Below, piece after piece: positions 12,100-23,937 of a DNA stretch of 64,000 nt (within the stretch, counting starts at the first letter, position 1; each line of letters opens with the position of its first letter). The position numbers were made by a program, and so were the translations under genes. The DNA comes from Squalus acanthias (taxonomy: Eukaryota). The notes beneath the pieces were generated by a model, which saw only the letters and a list, made by a program, of their open reading frames with translations, was not told the DNA's origin and made no database searches. The stretch lies in assembly GCA_030390025.1 (NCBI GenBank), contig CM059452.1:9610001-9674000 (forward strand), written 5' to 3'.

Positions 12100-12393
12100 N
12101 NNNNNNNNNNNNNNNNNNNNNNNNNNNNNNNNNNNNNNNNNNNNNNNNNNNNNNNNNNNNNNNNNNNNNNNNNNNNNNNNNNNNNNNNNNNNNNNNNNNN
12201 NNNNNNNNNNNNNNNNNNNNNNNNNNNNNNNNNNNNNNNNNNNNNNNNNNNNNNNNNNNNNNNNNNNNNNNNNNNNNNNNNNNNNNNNNNNNNNNNNNNN
12301 NNNNNNNNNNNNNNNNNNNNNNNNNNNNNNNNNNNNNNNNNNNNNNNNNNNNNNNNNNNNNNNNNNNNNNNNNNNNNNNNNNNNNNNNNNNNN
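12100..12393. other. Assembly gap (294 N)
   Basis: Run of N. Confidence 1.
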
Positions 12394-12904
12394 AGTCTTT
12401 CATAGAGGTAACCAGGCTGCTGACTGACAAACAGATGGACAGCGGCCTGTCTGGGCCTCGGTCGCTTGTTTTCCCTGAGCAGGGGACCAGTTTGTATTCG
12501 GGTTCCCACAGTGCGGAGACACAGAGAAAGGAATCACTGGACACCGGGAACTGGAGGAGGAAAATCATACTGACTGTCTGGAGCCTGTGCACAAAGGTCA
12601 CGAGCATCTGGCGCCTGTAGAACTGAAAGGAAATGAAAGTCAGTTGTTGTGAATGCGGGTTGTGAGTTGTTTATTTTTCAGATCAGAAAGGGTTAAATCT
12701 GCGAGCGCAAGCTGTCAATTTCCGAGCTCGAATTCATCTGATTAATGTTTCTGTCGCTGTAAGTGTTGATGTAAAAGGCTCTACATTCGCCATCAGCATC
12801 ACCGCAACACATCTCGCTATAAATGAGCACTGGAAACTGCCCATAGACACACTGACTGTCTGTTTTCACCCAGGATCTCAAAAGTGTAAAAGTTCCCATT
12901 ATAT

Positions 12905-12918
12905 CCGCCAGAGGGCGC
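12905..12918 (+). promoter_or_regulatory. CTCF-type motif
   Basis: CCGCCAGAGGGCGC; paralog at 28546-28559. Confidence 0.7.
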
Positions 12919-14792
12919 CGTGCTCATATGTTTCTCGCTGCTTCCTTCGCACTTAGTCCCATGTTATTCATGATATGTCGAAAACCATCAACATTTCAAA
13001 CCTGTTTATATTTGTGTTGTGTTCCTGGTGTTCAGTAAAATACCTACCCTCCCTCTTGTTCTGTCTTGTTTTCACCGTCACAATCTCTCTCCACCACGCT
13101 TATGAATGATTTCCTTATATTGCAAATCTTAAAGCAACTGCTAAGTGACATTTTTGGTAGTTTTGTAAAGCTGCAGTTTGAAAAAAAAAATCTTATATAT
13201 TAAAATATGTAATGGGCGACACACTCAGAGGGACAATTTTGTAACCCGAGTGAGGAGTTTCTCCCGTGTCACTAACCACTGTTGGACAGCTTGGAGAGAT
13301 GTATGTTGGACATCTTGGGGAGTGACGGGTTAACAGTCGAACTTCTTTGTATCTTGGATTAACAAGCTTCCAGACTTTCAATATATAAACAGGATGACTT
13401 TGAAGTGTCGTAAAAAGAATGCACTGCTTGTTTTCTGAGATGTAAAGTGCTTGTGTAAGGGAATAAATGATAGTAATGACGTCACCCATGAGTGATTTAG
13501 TTTTAGGGTAATAAACATGGTAAGAAAGGAAACATTAGCTACAGAGAGCAGTTAGTACTGCTGTTACTTCAAAGATGTCAGTAACTGTTACCGTCAGGAA
13601 GTCTTGTTTAAGGGACGTAGTTATGAATTAAACAAACAACAAACTGTTTAGATGAATATTCCGTTTTCAAAGGGTCTGGGAATAGATACGTCATACAGGC
13701 TTATCTATGACATTTCCTTTGATGTAGTCAAATATGGTGTCTAAAGGATCGTGGTTTTCGACAGTATTTCAGCGTCTACTCGAAAGATACAGAAACCGAA
13801 ACAGTCACTCTCTGTATACAGTTAAAGACCGATCACCTTTACTGTGCATCAATAAGGTCTGTTCCGTGTATTCCACTACGGAGTCTCGTGCTTACTCGAA
13901 ACGTGTTGCTGTGAACCAGAGGAGAAAGGAGGTTGACTGCGAACAACCACCATTTCCCTCCCCGTGTGATTAATTTCCGCGCCTCCTGTTAGTTTCAGGC
14001 AGACTTTAATCTAACGGGTTCAGCAGATATTTAGGAAAGGGGCTCCTATTCCCCTCCCAGCTATTGCCAACACAGTCGGATGATGGCGGGAAGATATTAT
14101 CTCGAAGTGACAATATATCGGTTTGAATGTAGATGAAGATGTTCAGTTTATTTCACTCACTGTCAGTAATCAGACTGAGGTGGTTGACGGGGGTCGGGTT
14201 TGATTAACCTTCTGATGGGGACACACAAGGGGAAGATTTCCTCTGGTCTCTCTGTGGAATTCTCCTCTGAAATTGTTTTAACGAAATCGCAATCTCATTC
14301 TTTTAGAATGCGTTCATTATTTCGTTAGAAATAGCGACCAGAGGAAATCTCAACCACAGTGTGGACACCTCGGTGTAAACACGAATGTTACAGGAGAATG
14401 AAGTTAATGCTCTCGATGAGTCGTCACACACCAGCATAAAATAAACACTCAGTGTGACCGATTCGGCCCCGGTGAATATAATCCCACAATTAAGCAATGC
14501 TGAAGTTTTCCTCAGACCAAGGAATGCCCTCACTGAGTGACGGCTCCATAGGCGATACTTTATGCTGTGACTGTCAGTATCTCTGATCAAACCCGCTATC
14601 AACTGGAAATTATAGAGACAACCCTTGCGGTAACACTGCCTGCGGCAGCCCCGCCCACAGCTTCCGTTCGCTGCTCTCGCTCTGACCCGCCTTGCCAGCC
14701 CTGTGTTTTTGGAGAGATTGCTGCAGCTGTTACGGGACTGTAAACAGGAGGGAGGTTTTTGTACAGTGACTGCCGCGTTTCCTCTCAGTGTG

Positions 14793-15224
14793 CGGCTCTA
14801 TCGCACAGTAATACACCGCGGTATCCGCGCTCTCCGTGCTCTCAATGACCAATTGGCCGCGTTTGTCCGCAGTGGAAAGATCCAATTCAAATCGGTCCCT
14901 TCTCTCTTTGCCAGCCGATATTCGCTTTATTATCCACTCCAGTCCCTGACTGGGTTTCTGTTTGTACCACTGCATGGCGTCAATGCTGGACATGTCATAG
15001 CTGCAGTTTATCTGCACCGAATCCCCGCTCCGGACTGTTATCGCAGCGGGAGACTGCAGCACTCGGTCCGAGAGACATCGACCTGTAAAAACATTCAGAT
15101 AATAAAACACCGGAGCAACGTGAATAAAAAAAAACACTGCGGGTTATCGAGCTCAGCTCCTGTACCTACATGGTAGCAGCACCAAAATAACGAGTGATAC
15201 ATTCACTTGTACCGAGTAATACAT
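14793..15224 (-). CDS. TCR alpha-like V segment, apparently functional
   Basis: Leader 15224-15170 (MYYSVQVNVSLVILVLLP|gtaggt). V exon 15082-14793 (VLQSP..INC..MQWYKQ..DTAVYYCAIE). RSS CACACTG(14792-14786)-23-ACAAAAACC(14762-14754). Confidence 0.88.
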
Positions 15225-15726
15225 CCTTGTAATTACAATGTCAAGAGGAAAGCGGCAGACAGCTCGCATCAGAAGACCCTGAACCGAGTGAAGACATTGA
15301 ACAGGCGGCTGATTAAAGTCAGCGCCGCCCAGTTAAAGTCTCAGTCACGTGGGTTTGCTGCTCTTGGATTGGCGGGAAATAGACATTGTTCACCAGCGGT
15401 TCACATCCGGACATGTCAGTGGTCTAATGACCAGCAAGTTCCTCTCCTCCTTGTGGAGGGAAGTGAGGTGAACCCCATCCCTTTGTGACAGTGACTCTCT
15501 AAAGGGACATTCCTGGCGCTGGGAGTTTGGAACCAAGTCAAACACTACATAACCCTTTCCTTACAGAATGTATGGAGGCTCTGGAACTGTGCCCCACAAA
15601 GATGTCAACACATCCAGGACAGTCTGATAAACCCTTTCCTTACAGAATGTATGGGAGCTCTGGAAATGTGCCCCACAGCAGTAACAGCTGATATCCAGCC
15701 TTTCTCTTACAGAGCGGACAGCAGCA

Positions 15727-15772
15727 ATGCAGCTTCTCAGCATCTGGATTGTGTGTGGGGCATTTCTGACAG
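15727..15772 (+). pseudogene. Orphan V-delta-type leader exon at an inversion junction
   Basis: MQLLSIWIVCGAFLT, homologous to the 7100 leader. No GT donor; followed by inverted promoter-upstream sequence. Confidence 0.7.
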
Positions 15773-15897
15773 CCGAGCTGGGCTGCTGTCTGTGTCCTTA
15801 TAGGAGAATGGTCCCACATTTAGAGTCCAGGCTGGGAATGAAACCCATGTCTAGGTCTTGTAACCGGGAAGCGCAGGATTATTAATGGGTTTGGTTA

Positions 15898-16300
15898 ACA
15901 TAAGAACATAAGAATTAGGAGCCGGAGTAGGCCATACGGCCCCTCGAGCCTGCTCCACCATTCAATAAGATCATGGCTGATCTTCGACCTCAACTCCACT
16001 TTCCCGCCCGATCCCCATAACCCGTGATTCCCCTAGAGTCCAAAAATCTATCTATCTCAACCTTGAATATACTCAAAGACTCAACATTCACAGCCCTTTG
16101 GGGCAGAGAATTCCAAAGATTCACAACCCTCTGAGTGAAGAAATTCCTCCTCATCTCAGTCTTATCCTGAGACTATACTCCCAGTTCTAGACACTCCAGC
16201 CGAGGGAAACAACCTCTCAGCATCTACCCTGTCAATCCCCTTTGCAATCTTATATGTTTCAATCAGATCACCTCTCGTTCTTCTAAACTTCAGAGAGTAT
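15898..16300 (-). mobile_element. CR1 LINE 3' end
   Basis: ACATAAGAACATAAGAA tail and CR1 3' region on the minus strand. Confidence 0.88.
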
Positions 16301-17217
16301 AGATTTATTCCAGGGTCAATTCATTCTCTATAATTCCGTTAGTTTTACCGTCAGGACACTGTTAACCGTGACTCCAGTGACCTTTCCCCTCCCGGGTCAG
16401 TTCACTGGTGAAATAACAATGTTGTCGGAATGATTTATAGAGCCCTGATATTAGAATGATGACATCTGCTGTTACTGAACAAACAATAAACTCTCCCTAA
16501 ATTTAAACAGCGTTTCAAGAACTGTCCCCTTCTGTGGTTTGTATTAAAATGCTGTTTAAATTCTATCTGTTAAGTTCTGACCTTCTTTCTGTCTGTAATG
16601 ATTTATTTAAAGATCCATAATCTTCAGATGCTTGATTACCAATGAGAGAGAATGGAGGGAACAGCCTCGCGGTGCTTTTCAGGAATTTACCGCTCATCTG
16701 TATAAAGTGCCCGGGAGCAGAGCGCGGGGAGCGGGTTCTAAGCCCCCAGGGTGAGGTGCATGCTCTCGTTACCAAGAGCTCAACATCAGCAGGGCATGAA
16801 AAACTGTCCTGACAACTATCTCGCATATTAACAAATGATGAGGAGCAGAAAAAGAAACACAATACAGGCAGTTTCGATTTGTTTTTCGCCCCTTTAACAT
16901 CGATTTCCAGCATCAGTACAGTTAATGTCTTCAGAAATCAGATCTCAGGGTGTGTCTTTCATTCACATTTTACTATTCCTTTCCCCATCTTCCACATCCT
17001 TCCACTCTCTTGTCCTGCCCACTGGTTAGTATCAAAATTCAATCCTTCGATATGATGGATGTCTTTTTGTGATGATTATTGCCCGATGTACCGTCCCAGC
17101 CCATTGTGGATTTCAAACATTAATCTTCAGTTCATTCCAAAATATACAAAACTGTTGGCGAAACAGCATTTAACTCACTGCCCGGGGTCTGAGCCAAATA
17201 AAGGATATTGTGAGCTG

Positions 17218-17231
17218 ACGCCCTCTGGTGG
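17218..17231 (-). promoter_or_regulatory. CTCF-type motif
   Basis: CCACCAGAGGGCGT on minus; inverted paralog at 53480-53493. Confidence 0.65.
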
Positions 17232-17670
17232 ATATTCTGAGAAATGTTCAGATGTCGGTGGACAGGGTGTGAGGAATCCTGTGTGTATTCACTGAACTGT
17301 CTGCAATTCCTGTTTATGGGAAGCTGGGTTGGAGCGGTTCTGAATTAATATGCCGAGCAGCAGCAAACGTTTTACATCGTTCAACGACAGATTGGAAGAA
17401 GAAAGTTCATACGATTATAGGTAAAGAGTGGAGACAGGGGATGAGAAAGGACAGGCAGGCACGGAAAGTGCATAGAAAGACAAAAGGTGTGTTCAGGAAC
17501 TACAGATGGATTTGTGAATTTCATTTTTAGCATTTTGAAATCACCAACTAATGTAATTCCGCCAGTGGACTTCACCTTTTCATGTGGACTGTTGTGTTTT
17601 GTCGACATTTAGAAGGTCCCTGTGACTCTCACTGTGGAGGCTGAATTATCGCGTGTTTATCGGTGTGAGA

Positions 17671-17684
17671 GCGCCCTCTGGTGA
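17671..17684 (-). promoter_or_regulatory. CTCF-type motif 24 bp 3' of RSS
   Basis: TCACCAGAGGGCGC on minus. Confidence 0.7.
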
Positions 17685-17748
17685 GCACTAACTGCAACTC
17701 TCAGTGTGGGTTTTTGTACGGGCTCCGCTATATCTCTGCAGCAGTGTG

Positions 17749-18223
17749 GGGCTCATGGCACAGAAATACACGGCGGTGTCCGAGATCAGGGCATTACTGA
17801 TCGTTAGCTCGGTAATCTTGCTGCTTTTATTAAACGTAGAAGAGAATCGGTCAGTGAATTCAGGGTTCCTGTTTACTATCGCTCCATAGAGATAAAACAC
17901 GTACTGTGGAGGCTGCCCGGGGTGCTGACTGTACCAGTACACATAAGGGGTAGTAGCGGTTGTTTTCAAGGTGCAGTTTAGTGTGACGTTACTTTCCTCT
18001 TCAACCGTTATTTCAGAAACCGGCTGTTCCACTGTGTCTTGTTGGCTCCATTCTAATATAAAATAATAGTAACAGTCATCACCAACATCATCATCATCAG
18101 GATCATTTAACCAATTGTCATAGCTGGGTTACAGCCGTCAGGGGAGAATGGATTTTAACTGGGGAGGAAATACTTACTGAGAAGTGATATAATGATGAGG
18201 AGCTGTGCGAGGCGGTTGTACAT
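17749..18223 (-). CDS. TCR alpha-like V segment (EQPV family), apparently functional
   Basis: Leader 18223-18178 (MYNRLAQLLIIISLL|gtaagt). V exon from 18052 (LNC..VYWYSQ..DTAVYFCAMSP). Nonamer ACAAAAACC 17717-17709. Confidence 0.9.
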
Positions 18224-18466
18224 GACGCTCCCTGAGTCTGTAACTCTGCAGTCCTGGAAATCCTCTGTCGGAGCAGAAATACAGATCCCCGCCGCACTGC
18301 ACTGCTGATCCAACCAATGCCAAATACGTAAGCTCTCCGATAACAGTAGGCGGGTTAAAGCGAGAGCAGCAAACGGAAGCTGTGGGCGGGGCTGCCGCGG
18401 GCGGTGTCACTGCAAGCTTTGTCTCCGTCATTTGCAGTTGGTAACGGCCAGAAACATGTGACCACG

Positions 18467-18480
18467 GCGCCCTCTGGCGG
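18467..18480 (-). promoter_or_regulatory. CTCF-type motif upstream of V promoter
   Basis: CCGCCAGAGGGCGC on minus; paralog at 44276-44289. Confidence 0.7.
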
Positions 18481-19041
18481 TCACTCTGAGAACTTTACAC
18501 TGTTAGGATAATAGATTGAGTAAAGTGTGAGTTTATCTATGGCGAACTTTCCAGCGTCCGTGTTTTGGGAGAGGCGGTTCAGACAATTTAACTGTGAAAT
18601 AGGTGGAAGGATAATGTGAGTGAGCTTAAAGGGAAGTGAAATTTTACTTTATTTCTGAATCTCTTTCTTTATGGCTTTCTCTTAACTTTAAGATTTATGT
18701 TTCTCACTCATTATTTCTCACTTTCTTTCATTTCTTTTTCCCTCCTTTTCTAATTTGCTGTCCACTACACGTACTATTACATTGATTTTTCTCTTTCTCT
18801 CATTCTTTCTTTAGTGCCTTCGCTTTGTTTTCCTCTGTCTGTGTTTCAAAATCTCTTCATTTCAGAATTTCTTTCAATCTCTCTCTTCTATATTTCCTAT
18901 TATTTTTCTGTGCTCAGTCCCTCTGCCCTCCGATTATTATAACCGGGCCCCTCCCAATCCCGTTACTCCAAACACAGCAGAGCGGCGCTCCCCCTCGGGG
19001 CAGGTTTCTGTGCGGACTCTCCGCCTGTTTGTTACACTGTG

Positions 19042-19375
19042 GGCTCACGGCGCAGAGATAGGTGGCGCTGTCTGTCACTCGCGCGTCTCTCACAGTCAGG
19101 GCACTGAGTTTATTGCCTCCCCCGATTGAAGCAGTGATCCTCCCGTGTTGATCGGCCCCGCTTGTGGCCATCACCAGGTGCTGGGGTGTCTGATCCGGGT
19201 TCTGTCTGTACCAGTGCAGGACGTTAAACGCAGCGGTAGCAGAGCAGTTGATGGATACAATTCCCTCTTCACTAACAACCACCCGCCGAGGGAGCTGCTT
19301 CACCTCATCTTCACCGCTCACATCCGTGTAGATCAGAGTGTAAATCAGCAGGGAAACTCTGTAAATCCGCTGCAT
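19042..19375 (-). CDS. TCR alpha-like V segment with leader contiguous with V (single coding exon)
   Basis: MQRIYRVSLLIYTLIYTDVSG-EDEVKQ..INC..LHWYRQ..DSATYLCAVS. RSS CACAGTG(19041-19035)-23-ACAGAAACC(19011-19003). Confidence 0.85.
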
Positions 19376-19552
19376 TATCGGATCAGATGAAGAAGGGGCT
19401 GAAAGAATTGTACACAGAGCTCGGGTTAGAACCAGGACACAGATGTTATATTCAGGATAATTAACAAAGAGACAGACTCTCGCTTCTTGTCCAACTCAGA
19501 GGTTTTTTTCCTGTCGAACTAACGAAACAAGCTGTATCTCTGGGTTTACCCA

Positions 19553-20615
19553 CCCCGGGCCGCCCACACTCAGTGTTTCTCACTGACACCAGCTCACACT
19601 GTCTCTGAGCTCACACCGGGCCGCTCACACTCAGTGTTTCTCACTGACACCAGCTCACACTGTCTCTGAGCTCACACCGGGCCGCACACACTCAGTGTTT
19701 CTCACTGACACCAGCTCACACTGTCTCTGAGCTCACACCGGGCCGCTCACACTCAGTGTTTCTCACTGACACCAGCTCACACTGTCTCTGAGCTCACACC
19801 GGGCCGTCCACACTCAGTGTTTCTCACTGACACCAGCTCACACTGTCTCTGAGCTCACACCGGGCCGTCCACACTCAGTGTTCTCACTGACACCAGCTCA
19901 CACTGTCTCTGAGCTCACACCGGGCCGCCACACTCAGTGTTTCACTGACACCAGCTCACACTGTCTCTGAGCTCACACCGGGCCGCCCACACTCAGTGTT
20001 CTCACTGACACCAGCTCACACTGTCTCTGAGCTCACACCGGGCCGCCCACACTCAGTGTTTCTCACTGACACCAGCTCACACTGTCTCTGAGCTCACACC
20101 GGGCCGCTCACACTCAGTGTTTCTCACTGACACCAGCTCACACTGTCTCTGAGCTCACACCGGGCCGCCCACTCTCAATGTTTCTCACTGACACCAGCTC
20201 ACACTGTCTCTGAGCTCACACCGGGCCGCTCACACTCAGTGTTTCTCACTGACACCAGTTCACACTGACTCTGAGCTCACACCGGGCCGCTCACACTCAG
20301 TGTTTCTCACTGACACCAGCTCACACTGTCTCTGAGCTCACACCGGGCCGCTCACACTCAGTGTTTCTCACTGACACCAGTTCACACTGACTCTGAGCTC
20401 ACACCGGGCCGCTCACACTCAGTGTTTCTCACTGACACCAGCTCACAGTGTCTCTGAGCTCACACCGGGCCGCTCACACTCAGTGTTTCTCACTGACACC
20501 AGTTCACACTGACTCTGAGCTCACACCGGGCCGCCCACACTCAGTGTGTCACTGACACCAGCTCACACTGTCTCTGATCTCACACCGGGCCGCTCACACT
20601 CAGTGTTTCTCACTG
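19553..20615. repeat. 61-bp VNTR, about 17 copies
   Basis: Unit GCCGCTCACACTCAGTGTTTCTCACTGACACCAGCTCACACTGTCTCTGAGCTCACACCGG. Confidence 0.95.
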
Positions 20616-21151
20616 TTTCACTCTGTCCTCTGGTGGCGAGTACTGTTAATTGCGAGGTGCAATTATTGACGCCAATTCCCCATATTTTTGCAGTACACAA
20701 GATAGTTATAAGAGGGAACGGCTTCTCGCTCCTGCAAGGGATGACTCCGTCATTCAGAGAGATCCTAGCTCTCGACTTCCATTGTAGCATCCAACGATTC
20801 CAGTGCATTTTCCTCCTCCACTCTAACTGAAAGTTTACTCCACACATTGATCACTCTCTGTGTGTGAAGCGGGATTTCCTGATACCAGTCCTAGAATTTT
20901 AACCCGTGTTCTTTCCCAGAAGGATGGAGTGGGAATTTTTATGCTAATATTTACAACATATCAATAGTAATAATAACATTGATAAATTATGATGAAAACT
21001 GATAATAAGCCATATAAACACTGATATTAATTTTAAAATAATGCCTCTAGTTCCGAATCTGCTTCTTTAATCCCTTCAATAAAGTTACTGAACAATGTTC
21101 TCAGGCTGTAACTCGCCTCGATACTGAAACAACAGTGAAAACATCCTCGCA

Positions 21152-21165
21152 CTGCCCTCTGGTGG
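21152..21165 (-). promoter_or_regulatory. CTCF-type motif
   Basis: CCACCAGAGGGCAG on minus. Confidence 0.65.
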
Positions 21166-21908
21166 CGACTGCCTGTAACTACAAGGTACACGTCCTGTCC
21201 TGTTTCAGTTCACAAGATCATTCTGAATGAGGGAAGCCATTCGGCCCGTATTGTCCGATCCATCCAGAGAGATACTATCTCTTAGCCGCACTGTGGCCTC
21301 AAACTTTTCCTTAAAAGTTTCCAGGATATGTTCCGCCACCACTGTATTCGGAAACGTATTCCATACATTCACCACTTTCCATGTGTGAAGAAGATATTGT
21401 CCTATATTTACATTTTATACTTTGAACCCGTGCTTCCCTCTTCTACTTCAAACAGTACAATTTAATGTAATATTGTGGGGTATGTTTTTAATACATCAAC
21501 TGTGCGATACTTCTCTAGATGTCATTGCAGTCAGGCATTGGGATACGGTGCTGATCAAAACTCTCGCACATCCGCGAGCAGCAGGTCACAAGCGCTGGGT
21601 TTGTATCCTTGGAATTGATTATTCCAAAGAAAGAAGGCAGGGATCATTGTGAGAGAAAATTTGGACAGCGCGACAATTCCTCACAGGTGGATCCTAGGTG
21701 TGACATCACTTCCCGCGGCAGCCCCGCCCACAGCTTCCGTTTGCTGCTCTCGCTCTGACCCGCCTTGACTGCCCGGTGTTATTGGAGAGATTGCTGTCGC
21801 TGTTCCCTGTTTGGCATTGGTTGGATCAGCAGTGCAGTGGGGCGGGGATCTGTATTTCTGCTCTGACAGAGGATTTCCCAGACTGCGGAGTTACAGACTC
21901 GGAGCATC

Positions 21909-22459
21909 ATGTGGAACCATCTCGCACCGCTCCTCATCATTATATCACTTCTCAGTAAGTATTTCCTTCCCAGTAAACATCCATTATCCCCCTGACTGTT
22001 GTAACCCAGGTGTTGTTATTGGTGAAATGGTGATAATGATGGTGAACTAGACACATTTCATCTTTACTCTCATTTCCATCATGGTTTGAATCTGAATTTT
22101 AAATACCCGCCGGTCTGATCTTTTCCTGTTTGAACATGTTTTTCAGATCTGAGTCTTGGAGATTCTGTCACTCAGCCGCTGTCCTCAGGAGTTAAGACAG
22201 AAGGAGAAGCGGTGACTCTAAACTGCACCTATAATACTACATGGAGCGGCGGAGGCTATAATTTGTACTGGTACCGGCAACACCCAGAAACACCGCCCGA
22301 GTTTATACTGAAGAAATACGCGAGCGGTTCTGAAGATAAAGCACATTTTGCCCAAACCCGTTTTTCAGCACAACTCGACAGCTCCACTAAATTCACCAGT
22401 TTAACCATCTCGGGGCTGCAGCTGACCGACACTGCAGTTTATTACTGTGCCCTGGGACT
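21909..22459 (+). CDS. Chimeric TCR V segment (EQPV-family promoter/leader plus delta-like V exon), in frame
   Basis: Leader 21909-21954 MWNHLAPLLIIISLL. V exon from 22147 (DSVTQPLS..LNC..LYWYRQ..YYCALGL). RSS CACAGTG(22460-22466)-23-ACAGAAACT(22490-22498). Confidence 0.88.
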
Positions 22460-23451
22460 CACAGTGATGGAAACCAGTTAAACCCTGGTACAGAAACTCC
22501 CTCCGCTTTGTAGATCAGAGGCTCCGCCTGCTGAAGCCGGATATAACAGCGGGCAGATGTGAAGAGCGATACAAAATAATTATTCAGCAAATCTGTCATT
22601 TCCTTATTTTCTATGACAGTATCACCCGAGTGTGTCTTTAAGCGGCCCACATTACCCTGAGCCTCCCGCTTTCTCTTCTTACTTTGAAAACGTTCCCATA
22701 TAATCGCCATCAGAGCGAAGTTCGTTGTTGGTTTTAGTGTCGGGGCGAATTACAGACTAAGAACATTGTTCATTTTATATAACTAAAGAATTAGAGAAAC
22801 ACATTTTTAAATGCAGGCATTAAGTTCAATAGGAAGTCTATGTTCCAAATGGTTAACTATTAAGTTATTGTGAATGTGGTTATTGTTAACGTGAATACGT
22901 TGTAAATATTTGTAATGAGCGGCTCACCCCAGAATCAGTAAAACTATCTGTTGTCTGCACCCTCCCATTCTGCTCAAACCTGTCAGTCACTCCCCATTTC
23001 ATTCATATAAAAGGTCGCGTTTGTCTAATTTACCACATCGATGTGTTCAAATCCTCAGGATCTACTGGCCGTCTCTACCTCCCTTTATATCGGCTGTGGG
23101 TAGTTCTAATGGTCAGTGAGCAGCTCTTTTAACGGGAGCCTCCGGCACTGCTGCCAGAACAATATTAACAAATTCCTTTCACTGGCCCCACCTCACAGAC
23201 TGAAACTGTTAATAGGCCAACATTGGGTTTAATCCCCGTCCAGTTCTCTGTTGTGAGGAGAACACGTGAGCTGTGAGCTGATTGGATAAATTGGAGAACA
23301 AAGGACCCGTGAGCTGATTGGATATCTCCTGCTGACTCTGTCAGGAATGAACCAATCGGCAGAGAGGCCGGATATTCGTCAACATCTTCCTTGCTCTTGA
23401 CTAAAACAAATTCAGGTTCAACCCATCATCCGACATCAACTCTCTGCAAAC

Positions 23452-23503
23452 ATGTTGGCTGTTACATTTTATATATTCGTCACAGCTGCAGCTCTCCTAA
23501 TTG
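23452..23503 (+). other. Orphan but intact V leader exon
   Basis: MLAVTFLYIRHSCSSPN is not the frame; in the leader frame it is homologous to the 8889/11410 leaders and ends in G|GTAAGT at 23504. A possible small indel near the 5' end should be checked. Confidence 0.5.
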
Positions 23504-23937
23504 GTAAGTTCAAAAGTTACACAAAACTGTATTTCACATCTGCATCATACATTATATTTAATCGATCAGTTCCCGGAACACAAGATTATCAATAGATTGA
23601 CGTGAAGTGAAGAAAACGATCCGGATCCACCCTTATTCAACACTGAACGCGGATTGGGGAAAATCGACAAATTCCCCCAGTGAATGAAAGCGGAAGAGTT
23701 GAGGTGAGATTACAGGCGAATGGCAGACAGACCCGCTCCGCCCCGCCGGGGTCAATGACGGACTTTGACAGATAGACTAATTCTTAAACCAAAGACCGTT
23801 TGGAGTTTTTCCCTTCACATCACAAGAGGGGAAGGTGAGGAACTGAACCCGTTGGAAGGTGCTGAAGGTTCATTAAAGGAAGTTTTATTCAGTCGATCTC
23901 AGCATCTTCCCGTGAGCAGCCCCTGAGCTGTGGGGAA

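Noticed and set aside
11831-12620. ORFs spanning X runs
   Set aside because: Artefacts of the N gap.
19553-20615. 61-bp arrays as CRISPR, or as arrays of D segments/RSSs
   Set aside because: There are no unique spacers, the context is eukaryotic, and the heptamer-like CACACTG has no nonamer at 12 or 23 nt.
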